DNA of 64,000 bases from Diplonema japonicum. Its lineage: Eukaryota; Protista; Euglenozoa: Diplonemea. Below the pieces are notes generated by a model. That model ran no database searches, was not told the origin of the DNA, and saw only the letters and a list, made by a program, of their open reading frames with translations. A program made the position numbers and the translations under genes. Where the stretch lies: positions 558,001 through 622,000 of the forward strand of contig OZ025662.1 of NCBI GenBank assembly GCA_964019335.1, read 5' to 3'. Each line of letters begins with the position of its first letter. Position 1 is the stretch's first letter. Positions 20,277-30,823 of the stretch are shown here, one piece after another.

Positions 20277-23000
20277 ATGGCTGGACATGTGTTGCTATGC
20301 CTCTTCCAAGCATTGAGTGACATAACAAAATTCGGATCCGAAGTCCATGTGAACACCATCACAGTATCAGCCCAAGGAGAGTGCGCTGTCACAGGGCTCG
20401 TAAGCGGCGGGTATGTAGTGGCATACCAATCCGATGGAAACCACGACGGGGACAGCTACGGTGTCTATGCACAAGAGTACGACATGCTGGGGAACAAGTT
20501 TGGTACTGAGGTACTGGTTAACCAGGGGACTGATTTAGGGCAGCAGAAGCCTGTTGTAGTAGGGTTGGGGACTGGCGGGTACGCGACTGTGTTCCAAACG
20601 GATGTCAGCGGGTCGGGGTATGAAATACATGCTGTCCTCTCTACGAACCCCAGCGTGGAGTTCAAGGTGAACACCAACACGCAGCACTCACAGGTGAACC
20701 CCTCCGTCGCTCTGTACGACGGTTTTAAATTTGTGGTTGTCTGGGCGTCTGACATACAGGACGGCAACGGCTTCGAGATCCGCGGCCAGCTCTTCGGTGT
20801 TACTGGCACCAAGATCGGTACAGAGTTCCCAGTCAATACCCACCAACCGAACGAACAGGTCGATCCCTTTGTCGCAAGTCTTAATGACACCGGCTTCGTT
20901 GTGACCTGGGCATCTCGGGACCAGGACGGCGACAGCTACGGCATCTACGCACAGCTTTTTGACCCCAGCGGAGCTAAGGACGGCACTGAGTTCAAGGTCA
21001 ACCAGGTGACCGCAGGGAGTCAGACTGCCCCACGTGCTGCTGGGCTCTTCAACAACAACATCGTCATTGCATGGACAGGAACTGATGGCTCTTCCCTAGG
21101 CGTCTTCGGTATCATCCTCGACGCAGCCGGAGTTGTTTTATTTCCTGAGTTCCAGATCAACACAGGCACCGCGGGGATCCAGCAGCGCCCTTCTCTCGCG
21201 CCCCTTGTCGGTGGTGGTTTCTTCGTCGTATGGGAGGACTACACTAAAGACGCAAGCAATTTCGGCGTTGCCGGTCGGACCTACACATCCAGCGGTGTGG
21301 CCGAGCAGATAGATTTTGTTGTCAACACGTACGAGACGGATCAGCAGGTGAACACCTGTGCTGCCACTCTCTCCCCTGGGATCATCGTCGTGGGTTGGGA
21401 GAGCTACAACCAGAACGGCGACGACAACATGGGCGTCTTCATACAGATGTATATGGATAGTGCAACACAAGCCCCCTCGACTAATGCGCCCCCCACTGCA
21501 ACACCTACTACCGCGCCAGCAACCAACGCACCTCTTACTGCAACACCTACTAGTGCACCAGCAACCAACGCACCTCTTACTGCAACACCTACTAGTGCAC
21601 CAGTGACCAACGCACCTCTTACTGATGCTCCTGCGACTAATGCGCCAGCAACTATCGCGCCTGATACCAACGTGCCGGCCACAGATGTGCCAGCCACGGA
21701 TATACCTGCGACTGCATCACCCCCAACGGACGCACCTGCAACGACTGCACCTGCTACCGATGCCCCGCAGACTGCCGCGCCCGGCACTCTCTCGCCATTG
21801 ACACCCTGGCCGGTCACGCTTGTTCCTGCAACAAAGTCCCCGCCTGTGTCCGCCACGCAGGGTTCAACCCCCTCTGTCGTATCATCCGAGTCGAAGGATG
21901 CTGCCTCGACCACAGCAGTTGTGACTACAGGGGTCTCTGTGACGAGCATGGCGGTATCTTCTTCTGTCATGAGTAAGGGGTCTTCTAGAGCCTCAAAAGC
22001 TATCATGTATTTGAAAATGCTTGACTGCCCACGTGAGGGCGTGGAGGAGATGGACATCTTGCTGAGCCCCACACGGCTGAAGGTAGGAAGCGACGACTTG
22101 CGGGAGTTGCGAGGCGCCGCGGTTGGGAACCTCTCGCTGTTGCTCGCTCTGTTCCTGGTGCTGGCAGGGCTCGTCGTGTACAAACGCCCCAGGGGCGGGG
22201 TGGAGACCGTCCCGATGAACATGTTATTCATGATGATCGAGTTCTTGTGGCTGCCGACGATGCAGAGCGGGTTCGCGCTGTTATTTTACGGGAGCAAGGA
22301 AGACATAGTAGGTGGTGCGGTGGTGGCTGCAGCCGGCTGTGTGTTTCTAGTGTACGTAGGAAGAATGGCGAAGCGGGCTTCGAGGAAGATGATGATGGAA
22401 GAGAAACCCCAAACGGGGTGGAGGTGGCTTCTGCTTCCCACTGCGGAGTGGTGCGGGGGCGACGAGGACGTGTGGTACGTGGCTTCTATCTTCGACGGCT
22501 TTCAGCAAGCGCATTGCAACTACTTCATAGTGCAGCTTTGCATGCTGACGTTGGTGTCGTGCTTGTCAGCGTGGAACCCAGAAGGGACGGTAGACTGTGC
22601 CAGCAGGGTGGGGGTGCTCACGGGGGTTCCCCTTTTCTGGACGGCAGTACTCATCAAGGACTGGCCCTTCCTGCGCCATATCGAGAACATAATGGAAGTC
22701 CTTGTCAGTCTCGTAGAATTTGCATTCGCTGCTCTTGCCTACTACGGCCTCTCACGCAACAGCACCGCCACACTTGAGATTGCCGGGAATCTCGCTCTCG
22801 TTCTGGTCTACTTGGTGACGCTCAAGTTCCTCGTTGATCTGATCACAGCTGTAGCCTGCTATTTTAAAGGAACTGGGCCCCCGCTGTCTTTTCAGGAAAT
22901 GGACACTGTTTTGCTCCCCGAGACACCGACGGTCCAGCCACAGAAGAATTCTTGTTTTCTTAAGCAGGACCTGCCCGAGCGTGGGTCGTTTGTACTTTGA
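20277..23000 (+). CDS. Surface protein: signal peptide, seven EFxVNT repeats, Thr/Pro mucin stalk, multi-TM C-terminus
   Basis: Seven ~55-aa repeats (GTEFxVN..Q..P......FVVxW...DG...G); TNAP/TDAP repeats; many hydrophobic helices; no introns seen. Confidence 0.85.
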   Translation: MAGHVLLCLFQALSDITKFGSEVHVNTITVSAQGECAVTGLVSGGYVVAYQSDGNHDGDSYGVYAQEYDMLGNKFGTEVLVNQGTDLGQQKPVVVGLGTGGYATVFQTDVSGSGYEIHAVLSTNPSVEFKVNTNTQHSQVNPSVALYDGFKFVVVWASDIQDGNGFEIRGQLFGVTGTKIGTEFPVNTHQPNEQVDPFVASLNDTGFVVTWASRDQDGDSYGIYAQLFDPSGAKDGTEFKVNQVTAGSQTAPRAAGLFNNNIVIAWTGTDGSSLGVFGIILDAAGVVLFPEFQINTGTAGIQQRPSLAPLVGGGFFVVWEDYTKDASNFGVAGRTYTSSGVAEQIDFVVNTYETDQQVNTCAATLSPGIIVVGWESYNQNGDDNMGVFIQMYMDSATQAPSTNAPPTATPTTAPATNAPLTATPTSAPATNAPLTATPTSAPVTNAPLTDAPATNAPATIAPDTNVPATDVPATDIPATASPPTDAPATTAPATDAPQTAAPGTLSPLTPWPVTLVPATKSPPVSATQGSTPSVVSSESKDAASTTAVVTTGVSVTSMAVSSSVMSKGSSRASKAIMYLKMLDCPREGVEEMDILLSPTRLKVGSDDLRELRGAAVGNLSLLLALFLVLAGLVVYKRPRGGVETVPMNMLFMMIEFLWLPTMQSGFALLFYGSKEDIVGGAVVAAAGCVFLVYVGRMAKRASRKMMMEEKPQTGWRWLLLPTAEWCGGDEDVWYVASIFDGFQQAHCNYFIVQLCMLTLVSCLSAWNPEGTVDCASRVGVLTGVPLFWTAVLIKDWPFLRHIENIMEVLVSLVEFAFAALAYYGLSRNSTATLEIAGNLALVLVYLVTLKFLVDLITAVACYFKGTGPPLSFQEMDTVLLPETPTVQPQKNSCFLKQDLPERGSFVL
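21470..21785 (+). repeat. Coding tandem repeat (42-bp unit, ATNAPLTATPTSAP) decaying into TDAP units
   Basis: ACCAACGCACCTCTTACTGCAACACCTACTAGTGCACCAG repeated. Confidence 0.85.
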
Positions 23001-23098
23001 ATACAAAAGCAACGTTTTTTTTAGGATGCGATCCATCTTAGGACGTATTCAGAAGCACAGCAAAGAGGGGAAGAATAAGACAAGGGTACACACCCTAC

Positions 23099-23327
23099 GA
23101 CATCTTGGGGGCCGACGACACACGGCTACAACAGGAGACCACTCTTCTCGAGACAAACCGTCACCCTACCTAGCACGACCCCAAGCTATGTTTCTCGCCC
23201 AGACCGCCGTCCATCTCATCGCGACAAATAGACACCGCAGGCACCAGACAGTAACCGCAGAACGGTGACCGATTAGTGTGACTTTCTCCCTGAATGGTGA
23301 TCACCTACCTGCACACCGAAATTTATC
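23099..23327 (+). mobile_element. Dispersed ~225-bp repeat, copy A (retroposon 3'-end-like)
   Basis: Aligns throughout with 59032-59256; ends CCGAAATTTATC followed by A-rich sequence. Confidence 0.7.
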
Positions 23328-23575
23328 AAAAGAAAAAGATTTTTATAGGGTGCTGCCCCACGAACGTGCAGCTCTCAAGCCACAAGAAAAGAAAAAAAGA
23401 AAGAAGAAGAAAAAAGGGACGTCCCTTCACTGCTGATAAATTGCCTTTATAAGTTGCGTGATTTTTCTTTTTCTTCGTTGATGACATATGAACGTATGAA
23501 ACACAGGAGGTTTTACCATACATCACCGCTGGGCTGACACAATGAATACACGAAGGGAACATGGAGGTGTTTGTG

Positions 23576-23608
<33 letters not shown>

Positions 23609-24585
23609 TTACGCAAAAAGAGTGCTCGTGTGTGGTTTCTTTTTATATTTTCTTTTCCCATGTTTTTTTTTTTTTTTTTTTTTTTTTTTTGTCGCGGGCC
23701 GTTGCTAACCACTTCGTTCCTATCATAGTGATTTTTTTTTTTTTTTTTTTTTTACTCTACTTCATACTTGACACCTGCACGGTTCAAAAAGAAAAAAAAA
23801 GAGAATTAACATTTCCGTTTATTCTATTCTTTGTTTTGTGCGCAAGGTTACCTATGGTACAATTATTCTTTTTGATAACTACAATAACAAAACAAAACAA
23901 AAAAATCCCCCCCATCCCCCCCTGCCCTTACTTCCAGCTAAGAATGTTGCTGCATTTGTTCTTAGTTTACTTCTTACTGAGAGTTGTAACTCACACAAAG
24001 AAAAAAAAAAAAAGAAAAAAAAGAGTGGTATTTATTTTCTTGGTCGGGAAAAGTACTCTCCATACCTGCTGGGACGCTAGTGGGAGCCAATGAAGGGTGC
24101 TACTTGCCTGAAGAGATCAGCACTTGGAGGAGTCGCAAGATTAGATCGAAACTGAGAGCTACCTAGTACTGACCATGCCCCCCCTCCCTTTTTTTAGGGC
24201 ATGCGGCTTTCGCTTTAGGAGTTTGCATGTTAATATGAGTTTTTTTGTCCTTAGTGGGGCGGTTCTTTTTAAAGAAAAGAGAAGAAAAGATTGCTGGCAC
24301 AGAGTTGTTGCGCTCGAACTGATGAAAAGTTCGCACTTTTTTCGTCTTTTTTTGCCTACCCCTTTTATGTTTGATCAACTTTAACACCATATTATATTCT
24401 CAACGTGTTTGCCTCTCTTCATTTCCCTAGCTGCGCACTACACACAATGGAGAGGGGGGGGGGGGGGAGGAAAAGTTTTCTTTTTTTTGTAACCATTGCG
24501 CTACGATGCGGATCACCCCCTATCTCTCTTTGTTTAGTAGACAGGTGCTTTTGTGGCATCTCTCCTTTTTTTTTTGTCCCTTTTT

Positions 24586-24620
<35 letters not shown>

Positions 24621-25142
24621 GAATTCTTTTTGTGTGGCGTATCGACTCACTTCTTTTTCTTCTTTTCTTTTTTTTTTTTTTGTTCCACGTTATCTATCTA
24701 AGTAGTCCGGTATTTGTCAAGACGCTAAATTGATTTGAGCCGTTCTTTTTTTTATTCTTTTTCGCCTTGTAGAAAGAAAGAAAAAAAAAATAAAAGGATA
24801 TGGGAAAACAACACCCTGGTATTACAAAAAAGGGGGGTTTACAGAAGCTACTTTCTTTGGCCCATTAATAGCTGTCAAAATGCCAACAAGTATTGACTTC
24901 AACGCCACTAGAAGTTCCCGATTTTTTTTTAAAACGGGAACCGAGTAGCGCTCAAACATACGAAAGAAACACAGGGGAGTAATTTCAGAAGAGTGGAATT
25001 AAAAGACGAAAGAAAAAGAGAAAAAAAAAAAAAGAAAAAGAAACTCCACATTTGTACTTATTCATATTTCTATTTGTTTCTCTTGCAGCTCTATAATACT
25101 ATTCTCAGACACATTTTTTTTTTTTTTTTTTTTTTATACACA

Positions 25143-25382
25143 ATGAGTGGTGGCTCCAAAGCATGGGTATTATCTGAAAGCGTGCAGCGCATTCGTAGGG
25201 AGATGGAAGAAGTTAAGCCTGTCATCGAGGCCAACCTAGAAGCCCTTAAGGAGAGAAGTCGGCTGCTTGAAGAATTCATGAAGCAAAGCGAGGAGATAAG
25301 AGACGCGGCAGTAGAGGTGAACGAGGTGTCAAAAACGCTTGGGAGCTGGGCCTTCTGCGGGCTGGACTGTAGTATATCTTGA
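25143..25382 (+). CDS. 79-aa R-SNARE-like coiled-coil protein with CaaX-like end (CSIS)
   Basis: VQRIRREMEEVKPVIEANLEALKERSRLLEEF follows the synaptobrevin heptad pattern with a central R; no TM. Confidence 0.6.
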   Translation: MSGGSKAWVLSESVQRIRREMEEVKPVIEANLEALKERSRLLEEFMKQSEEIRDAAVEVNEVSKTLGSWAFCGLDCSIS

Positions 25383-25794
25383 TCGGGTGGTGGTGGTGGG
25401 GGCTTTCAGATAACAACAGAACAAGTGTCTTTTTTCTTCTTTCCTAGTTCAGTTTCTTGCTCTTATCGCGGTCTTTTTTTTTCCCCCCCGGTTACGCGCG
25501 TTTTTGTCGATTTTACTTTATTACACGGTTGCGGACGATCATCTGGCAGAGTACCTTGTGCAGCAATATCCTCCACTCTGGTAGATTTTGTTCCCACCCT
25601 ATTAATGCCAAGCCTGGTCCCTTCGGTCCGAGCAGTCAGCTCCGTTCGTATTGGGGTGGCGGTATTATTTCCCCCTTTTTTTGCAAGGGGTGAAGATGAA
25701 CTTTTTGAAACGGCCCTTTTGCAACAAAAACATGAGGGTGAAAGCAAGGATTCCCATCACAGAAAAAGAAAAAAAAGAAAAAAAAACACACAAA

Positions 25795-26136
25795 ATGGCC
25801 GACGCCCTTTTCGCGAAGATGTCCGCAGCCCTCGGGACCCCTGCTGGTCAGGCTGCGGCGAAGAAGATCAACGAGGTGATCACGTACGAGTTCCCCGACA
25901 CCGGTGTGTCGTACGTGATGGACCTGAAGGCGGGGAAGGCGTACAAGGGGAAGCACGACGACCCCGCGTGCACCTTCAAGATGGACGAGAAGGTGTTCAT
26001 TGAGCTTTCGGGGGGCAAGGCGGACCCCATGGGCCTCTTCATGGAGGGGAAGATCGAGCTCGACGGGGACACCGACATCGCCATGAAGATCGGCAAGGTC
26101 CTCAAGACCCTCGAGAAGGAGATCGCCTCTGCGTGA
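25795..26136 (+). CDS. SCP2: SCP2-domain protein, copy 3
   Basis: Coding sequence matches copy 1; stop codon and 3' flank match copy 2. Confidence 0.9.
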   Translation: MADALFAKMSAALGTPAGQAAAKKINEVITYEFPDTGVSYVMDLKAGKAYKGKHDDPACTFKMDEKVFIELSGGKADPMGLFMEGKIELDGDTDIAMKIGKVLKTLEKEIASA

Positions 26137-26377
26137 GGAATACGGAGAAACAAACAAGATGTGACGTGCTGAACTTATTGTCTTAAAGGGTGAAGCTGCT
26201 ATACGCGGTACCCCTTATGTGTTCCTTAACCTGCAACTGTCGGAGTGACATGTAATTGGCACACAACCTGATTACTTGCTAGCAGTGCATGGAAGGCTAT
26301 GTTTTATTCTTAGTAATTAGACTCATGGAAAGAAAAAAGCGAATCAGCCAGTACCAGGAGTCAATATCAAATTAAAT

Positions 26378-29300
26378 ATGATCGACTGCGGCCACTGCGG
26401 AAAGAACTGCTCATGCGTTGGGATGTGCCGATGCGCGCAAACGCGGGAGGAGCTTGGGGAACGGGTGACGGTGGAGAAGGGGAATAAGTACTGCGAGTAT
26501 CTGAGGGGTTTGCGAGAGGGCAAGGCGGTGGAACTGGTGCCACTAGATGCTGCTGCTGTGGAGTACGTAGAAGCTGTGCTGCAAGGGCTGCCTGGTGTGC
26601 AGGACGTGGCGCTGTCAAAAGATAAGAAGTCTGTGTTCGCATCAAGCAAGGACCGTAGTTCTGTGTCTATGGTGCAGGGCTTTGCAGAGCGCGACACGAT
26701 GGAGGTGGAGATGGCAGCCTCACCCAAGCGCCACGACGAGTTCGTGCTGACCGGTGCGTCCTGTAAGTCGTGCACATCGAACATTTCAAAGAAGCTGCGA
26801 AAGGAGCCTTCTAAGGTTTCCGCCTGCTGCTTCGACATCAACAAGGACGGTGAGTCTTCGATGAGAACCTACAGCGAGCCGCACGTATCTACACCACGCC
26901 TACAGGCTGAGGTCGCCAGCAGGACCGCACTAGCCGCCGACAAGTTCGGCGTCGCTATGCAAACCACCCGCGGGGACTGGGAGACATCCGTTTTCGTCAA
27001 AGATAGCAACCTTCCACCAGAAGTTGTTACCATTGACGGTGTCTCTGAAGCAAAGATGCTAAAGCACTCTGCGAGTTGCAACCTGCTGAACTTGTCGCTG
27101 GTGCCTTCCTGCGACATATCCAAGGTGCGCCATGCCGTCGTGGCTGCTCTGAAGCAGCAGAACCTCCTGGTGGACCCATATGCAGAGTGCAAATTCTGCG
27201 GTCCATCGTGCTGTTGCACATCCGTCGACTGCAGCTGCAAGCACGAGCAGGAGGGAGCATTTGGAGAGATGATTCAGGTGTACGGGGAGGACGAGCGGTA
27301 CTGCACTGACCTGAAGGCAGTCACAGAGGGGCAGTACGTGGAGATCGTGCCCACATCTGCAGAGGTGCTCGAAGGTGTTTATGAGGTACTGAATGGGATG
27401 GACGGCGTGGACACAGTGGTGCTGTCAAAGGAACGAGAGTCCGTGTTCGTCGGATCGCAAAACATCCCAAAGGTGATACGCGCCTTGCACGAGAAGGAGA
27501 AGGGCGCGATGACCTTGCGGCCGCAGCGGCGTGACGAGTTCAGGTTAACAGGTGCAACATGCAAGTCGTGCACTGCTAATATCGGCCGCAAGTTCAAGAA
27601 TGCAGACGCCCTTGAGGCATGGAGCTTCGACATTGAGAACGAGCGTCTGGATGTCTTCAGCTACGTCGGGACGCCTGAGTCCGAGGTGCAGGTAGAGGTA
27701 GCCAGCAAGGTGCTACAAGCAGGTGAGAAATTTGGAGTCGCGCGGAAAGTCCCATGGGAGCCCCGTCTCAGCGACAGGCGTGCCATGTTGACAACCTCCA
27801 TTGTAGTAAAGGGTGCAGACGAGCACGCACAGTACCCGGAGTGGAGCATGATCAATGGTGTCACTACTGGTGAGGTGGTTCCTTGTCCCAACACTGAGTA
27901 TGAAGTGGTCAACATCGGGATGCTTGAAGGGACATCTCCGTCGGCTGTTCGTCATGCTGTCAGCAGAGCTCTTGCAGAAAACAAAATCGAGATTGCTTCA
28001 CCGTCTGCTGACTGGAAGGGAAAAGCAGCCAAGGTTGAACCTAACGCCCCTGATTACGAAGATGCCGACCACGCGGTGGATGTGAACAAGCTGCTCAGCG
28101 AGCAGCAGGTCTTCGAGTTCATCGTTGGAGGCATGCGTTGTGTCAGCTGTGCAACAAAAATCGAGTCACATTTCGCAGACGTACCAGGGGTAGCGCGATG
28201 CAACGTGAATGCAGCCACATCAATCACAAGGGTGACGGCATCTCCGTCAGTGCTGGACGCAGATGCCGTGCAGAAACATATCGCAAGCTTGGGATTCACA
28301 GCAGAGCTGCTGCAGTCCGCTGGAGCCGCCGGGTTTGTCTTCGCTGCTCCTCCTGGAGACACCGACATAGCGCTGAAGACCTTGCAAGCAATGGAAACAG
28401 TGGAGTCCGCGGCTCTTGTTGATGACAGCAAGTTACTTGTGAAGGTCGCTCCAGGTGTCATGGCCATCGACATCGAGAAGGAGGCGAAGGAGCAAGGCGT
28501 CCACCTTGAGAGGGATAAATCGAGCAGAAATGACAAGCTGTTGAGTGCACTGAAACGCGAGGATGCCATCGCAGAGAGCAAGCGAGGGTTTATCGAGTCT
28601 GCGATCCCCACAGTGCCGCTGATCGTGCTCCACATGATACTTGAGTCCTTCGCTGGGGTGGCACCGATGCGCGACGTGAAGATTTACAACAGCTTGACAC
28701 TGGAGCCGCTTGTGGAATGGACCCTGTGTACCTACGTCCTGCTGCGATGCGGGGCACCTTTCTACAAAGGTGCTTGGGCGGCCCTCCGCAACGGGTCGGC
28801 AAATATGGCAGTTTTGGTGTGCATCGGGGTGACAACAGCCTACATTGCCTCCATCGTGATGTCGGTGATTGCAATATTCTCGGAGCACATGGAGCCCGAG
28901 CTGCACTTCGCCACTGCGGCGGCGCTTCTGTGCTTCATGCTGCTAGGCCAGTACCTGGAGTCGAATGCCAAGGCCATGACAAGCGAGGCACTTGTGTCGT
29001 TGATGGAACTCCAGCCGACAGATGCCACGATCATACGCAAGGACAGGAAGACTGGAGAAGTGCTAGGAACTGAGATCGTTGACACAGAGGAGCTGGTGAG
29101 GGGCGTGGTGTGCAGAGTAGCGGCAGGTGTTCGCGTCCCATGCGACGGGCACGTGGTCTCTGGGAGTGGCGACGTCGATGAGAGCATGGTGACAGGGGAG
29201 CCGATGCCCGTGCACAAGCGCATCGGCGATGAAGTTGTCGGGGGCACGATTGTGATGGACGGTGCTGTGGACGTTGAGGTGGACCACTGCGGGAGCGAGA

Positions 29301-30628
29301 CTATGCTGTCGCAGATTTTGCAGATCGTGCTCGAAGCGCAGAACAGCAAGGCGCCCATCCAGAAGTACGCCGACATGATCTCCGCTGTCTTCGTCCCCGT
29401 CATCGTGTTGATCTCTATCATAGTCTTCCTGGTATGGCTGTCGTTGGGGTTGGCTGACGTCTGGGGCGACGACTTCACAGACGAGTCTGACGGTGTGTTT
29501 GCCTCGCAATTTTTCATCGCGACAGTGATCATCGCATGCCCCTGTGCCATGGGGCTGGCTACACCCACGGCTGTCATGGTCGGGACAGGCCTGGGTGCAA
29601 AGGCGGGTATTTTAATCAAGGGCGGAGAGGCGCTTGAAGGTGCCGCGAAGCCCAAAGCCGTACTATTTGACAAGACAGGGACCCTCACAATGGGGAAGCC
29701 CTCTGTGACGGAGTACCTGTGGTTCGCAGAGAAGGACAAACCGCTTGAAGAGAAGGTGGTGAAGATGGTGGCGGCCGCCGAGTCCTCGTCAGACCACCCC
29801 ATCGCGAAGGCCATCGTGAAACATTGCGACCGAGGTGCCCTCCCTGTTCCAGAAGACTTCGAAAACATTCCGGGGAAGGGTATACGATGCAGCCTGGAAG
29901 GCAGCGTGTTGACTATTGGCAAGCCAAAATACATTTTAGAAACCACGCATCTAACAGCTGTTGTAGAGGAGAGGATCGCGGAGATACAGTCAGAGGGAAA
30001 GACCGTGGTGGTGGCCGCGTACGATGGCGAGGCAAGGTGTTTGTTTGGAATCTCAGATGTCATTCGCAAAGAGTCGAAAGAGGTGATTGCTGCGCTGCAC
30101 AAGAGGGGCATCGACGTCCATATGGTGACAGGGGACAACACACGCACGGCAAAACACGTCGCGGGGATACTAGGAATCCCCGAGAACAGAGTCAACAGCG
30201 AGATCCTACCAGCAGGGAAAGCAATGGTTGTGAAAGGGCTGCAGGAGGACCTCAACGAGAAAATTTTCTTCGTCGGGGATGGCATCAATGACACGCCAGC
30301 CTTGGCCCAGGCAGACGTAGGAGTTGCAATCGGTGGGGGGACCAATGTAGCGGTGGAATCGGCGGATATCGTGCTCATCAAGGACGACCTGTGGGGCGTC
30401 CTGCATAGCATCCAGATCGCTGCTGCCACCACTTCAAAAATTAAGTGGAATTTCGTTTGGGCGTTCGGGTACAACGTCTGCGCCATTCCCATTGCTGCGG
30501 GTGTGCTTTACCCAGCATTCCACCTCCAGCTCCCTCCTATCATTGCTGGTATTGCAATGGTCGCCTCGTCGCTCACAGTGCTTGCGTCGTCGCTCCTGCT
30601 GAAGACGTTTAAGCCCACCTGCTCATAG
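26378..30628 (+). CDS. P1B-1 copper-transporting P-type ATPase with extended Cys-rich N-terminus
   Basis: GxxCxSC metal-binding motifs, TGE, CPC, DKTGT, HP, GDGIND, YN and MVASS. Confidence 0.95.
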   Translation: MIDCGHCGKNCSCVGMCRCAQTREELGERVTVEKGNKYCEYLRGLREGKAVELVPLDAAAVEYVEAVLQGLPGVQDVALSKDKKSVFASSKDRSSVSMVQGFAERDTMEVEMAASPKRHDEFVLTGASCKSCTSNISKKLRKEPSKVSACCFDINKDGESSMRTYSEPHVSTPRLQAEVASRTALAADKFGVAMQTTRGDWETSVFVKDSNLPPEVVTIDGVSEAKMLKHSASCNLLNLSLVPSCDISKVRHAVVAALKQQNLLVDPYAECKFCGPSCCCTSVDCSCKHEQEGAFGEMIQVYGEDERYCTDLKAVTEGQYVEIVPTSAEVLEGVYEVLNGMDGVDTVVLSKERESVFVGSQNIPKVIRALHEKEKGAMTLRPQRRDEFRLTGATCKSCTANIGRKFKNADALEAWSFDIENERLDVFSYVGTPESEVQVEVASKVLQAGEKFGVARKVPWEPRLSDRRAMLTTSIVVKGADEHAQYPEWSMINGVTTGEVVPCPNTEYEVVNIGMLEGTSPSAVRHAVSRALAENKIEIASPSADWKGKAAKVEPNAPDYEDADHAVDVNKLLSEQQVFEFIVGGMRCVSCATKIESHFADVPGVARCNVNAATSITRVTASPSVLDADAVQKHIASLGFTAELLQSAGAAGFVFAAPPGDTDIALKTLQAMETVESAALVDDSKLLVKVAPGVMAIDIEKEAKEQGVHLERDKSSRNDKLLSALKREDAIAESKRGFIESAIPTVPLIVLHMILESFAGVAPMRDVKIYNSLTLEPLVEWTLCTYVLLRCGAPFYKGAWAALRNGSANMAVLVCIGVTTAYIASIVMSVIAIFSEHMEPELHFATAAALLCFMLLGQYLESNAKAMTSEALVSLMELQPTDATIIRKDRKTGEVLGTEIVDTEELVRGVVCRVAAGVRVPCDGHVVSGSGDVDESMVTGEPMPVHKRIGDEVVGGTIVMDGAVDVEVDHCGSETMLSQILQIVLEAQNSKAPIQKYADMISAVFVPVIVLISIIVFLVWLSLGLADVWGDDFTDESDGVFASQFFIATVIIACPCAMGLATPTAVMVGTGLGAKAGILIKGGEALEGAAKPKAVLFDKTGTLTMGKPSVTEYLWFAEKDKPLEEKVVKMVAAAESSSDHPIAKAIVKHCDRGALPVPEDFENIPGKGIRCSLEGSVLTIGKPKYILETTHLTAVVEERIAEIQSEGKTVVVAAYDGEARCLFGISDVIRKESKEVIAALHKRGIDVHMVTGDNTRTAKHVAGILGIPENRVNSEILPAGKAMVVKGLQEDLNEKIFFVGDGINDTPALAQADVGVAIGGGTNVAVESADIVLIKDDLWGVLHSIQIAAATTSKIKWNFVWAFGYNVCAIPIAAGVLYPAFHLQLPPIIAGIAMVASSLTVLASSLLLKTFKPTCS

Positions 30629-30791
30629 AAAATATGGTCAAGGGGGCTTTGTTCCGTCACGTTATCTTCTTCCCCCCCCTGTTTGTCCTTTTGTTTTTTC
30701 GAGTTCGAGTTATGCCCTTTGCTTTTTTTTATTTTATTCTCAGCGACGCAAAAAAAGAGCTTTTGACTTGACATAGTTGCTGAGGTAAGTG

Positions 30792-30823
<32 letters not shown>

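Noticed and set aside
28840-30492. Long minus-strand ORFs (550 aa here; also 56349-58064 and 61656-62633)
   Set aside because: Antisense shadows of well-supported + strand genes with biased codon usage
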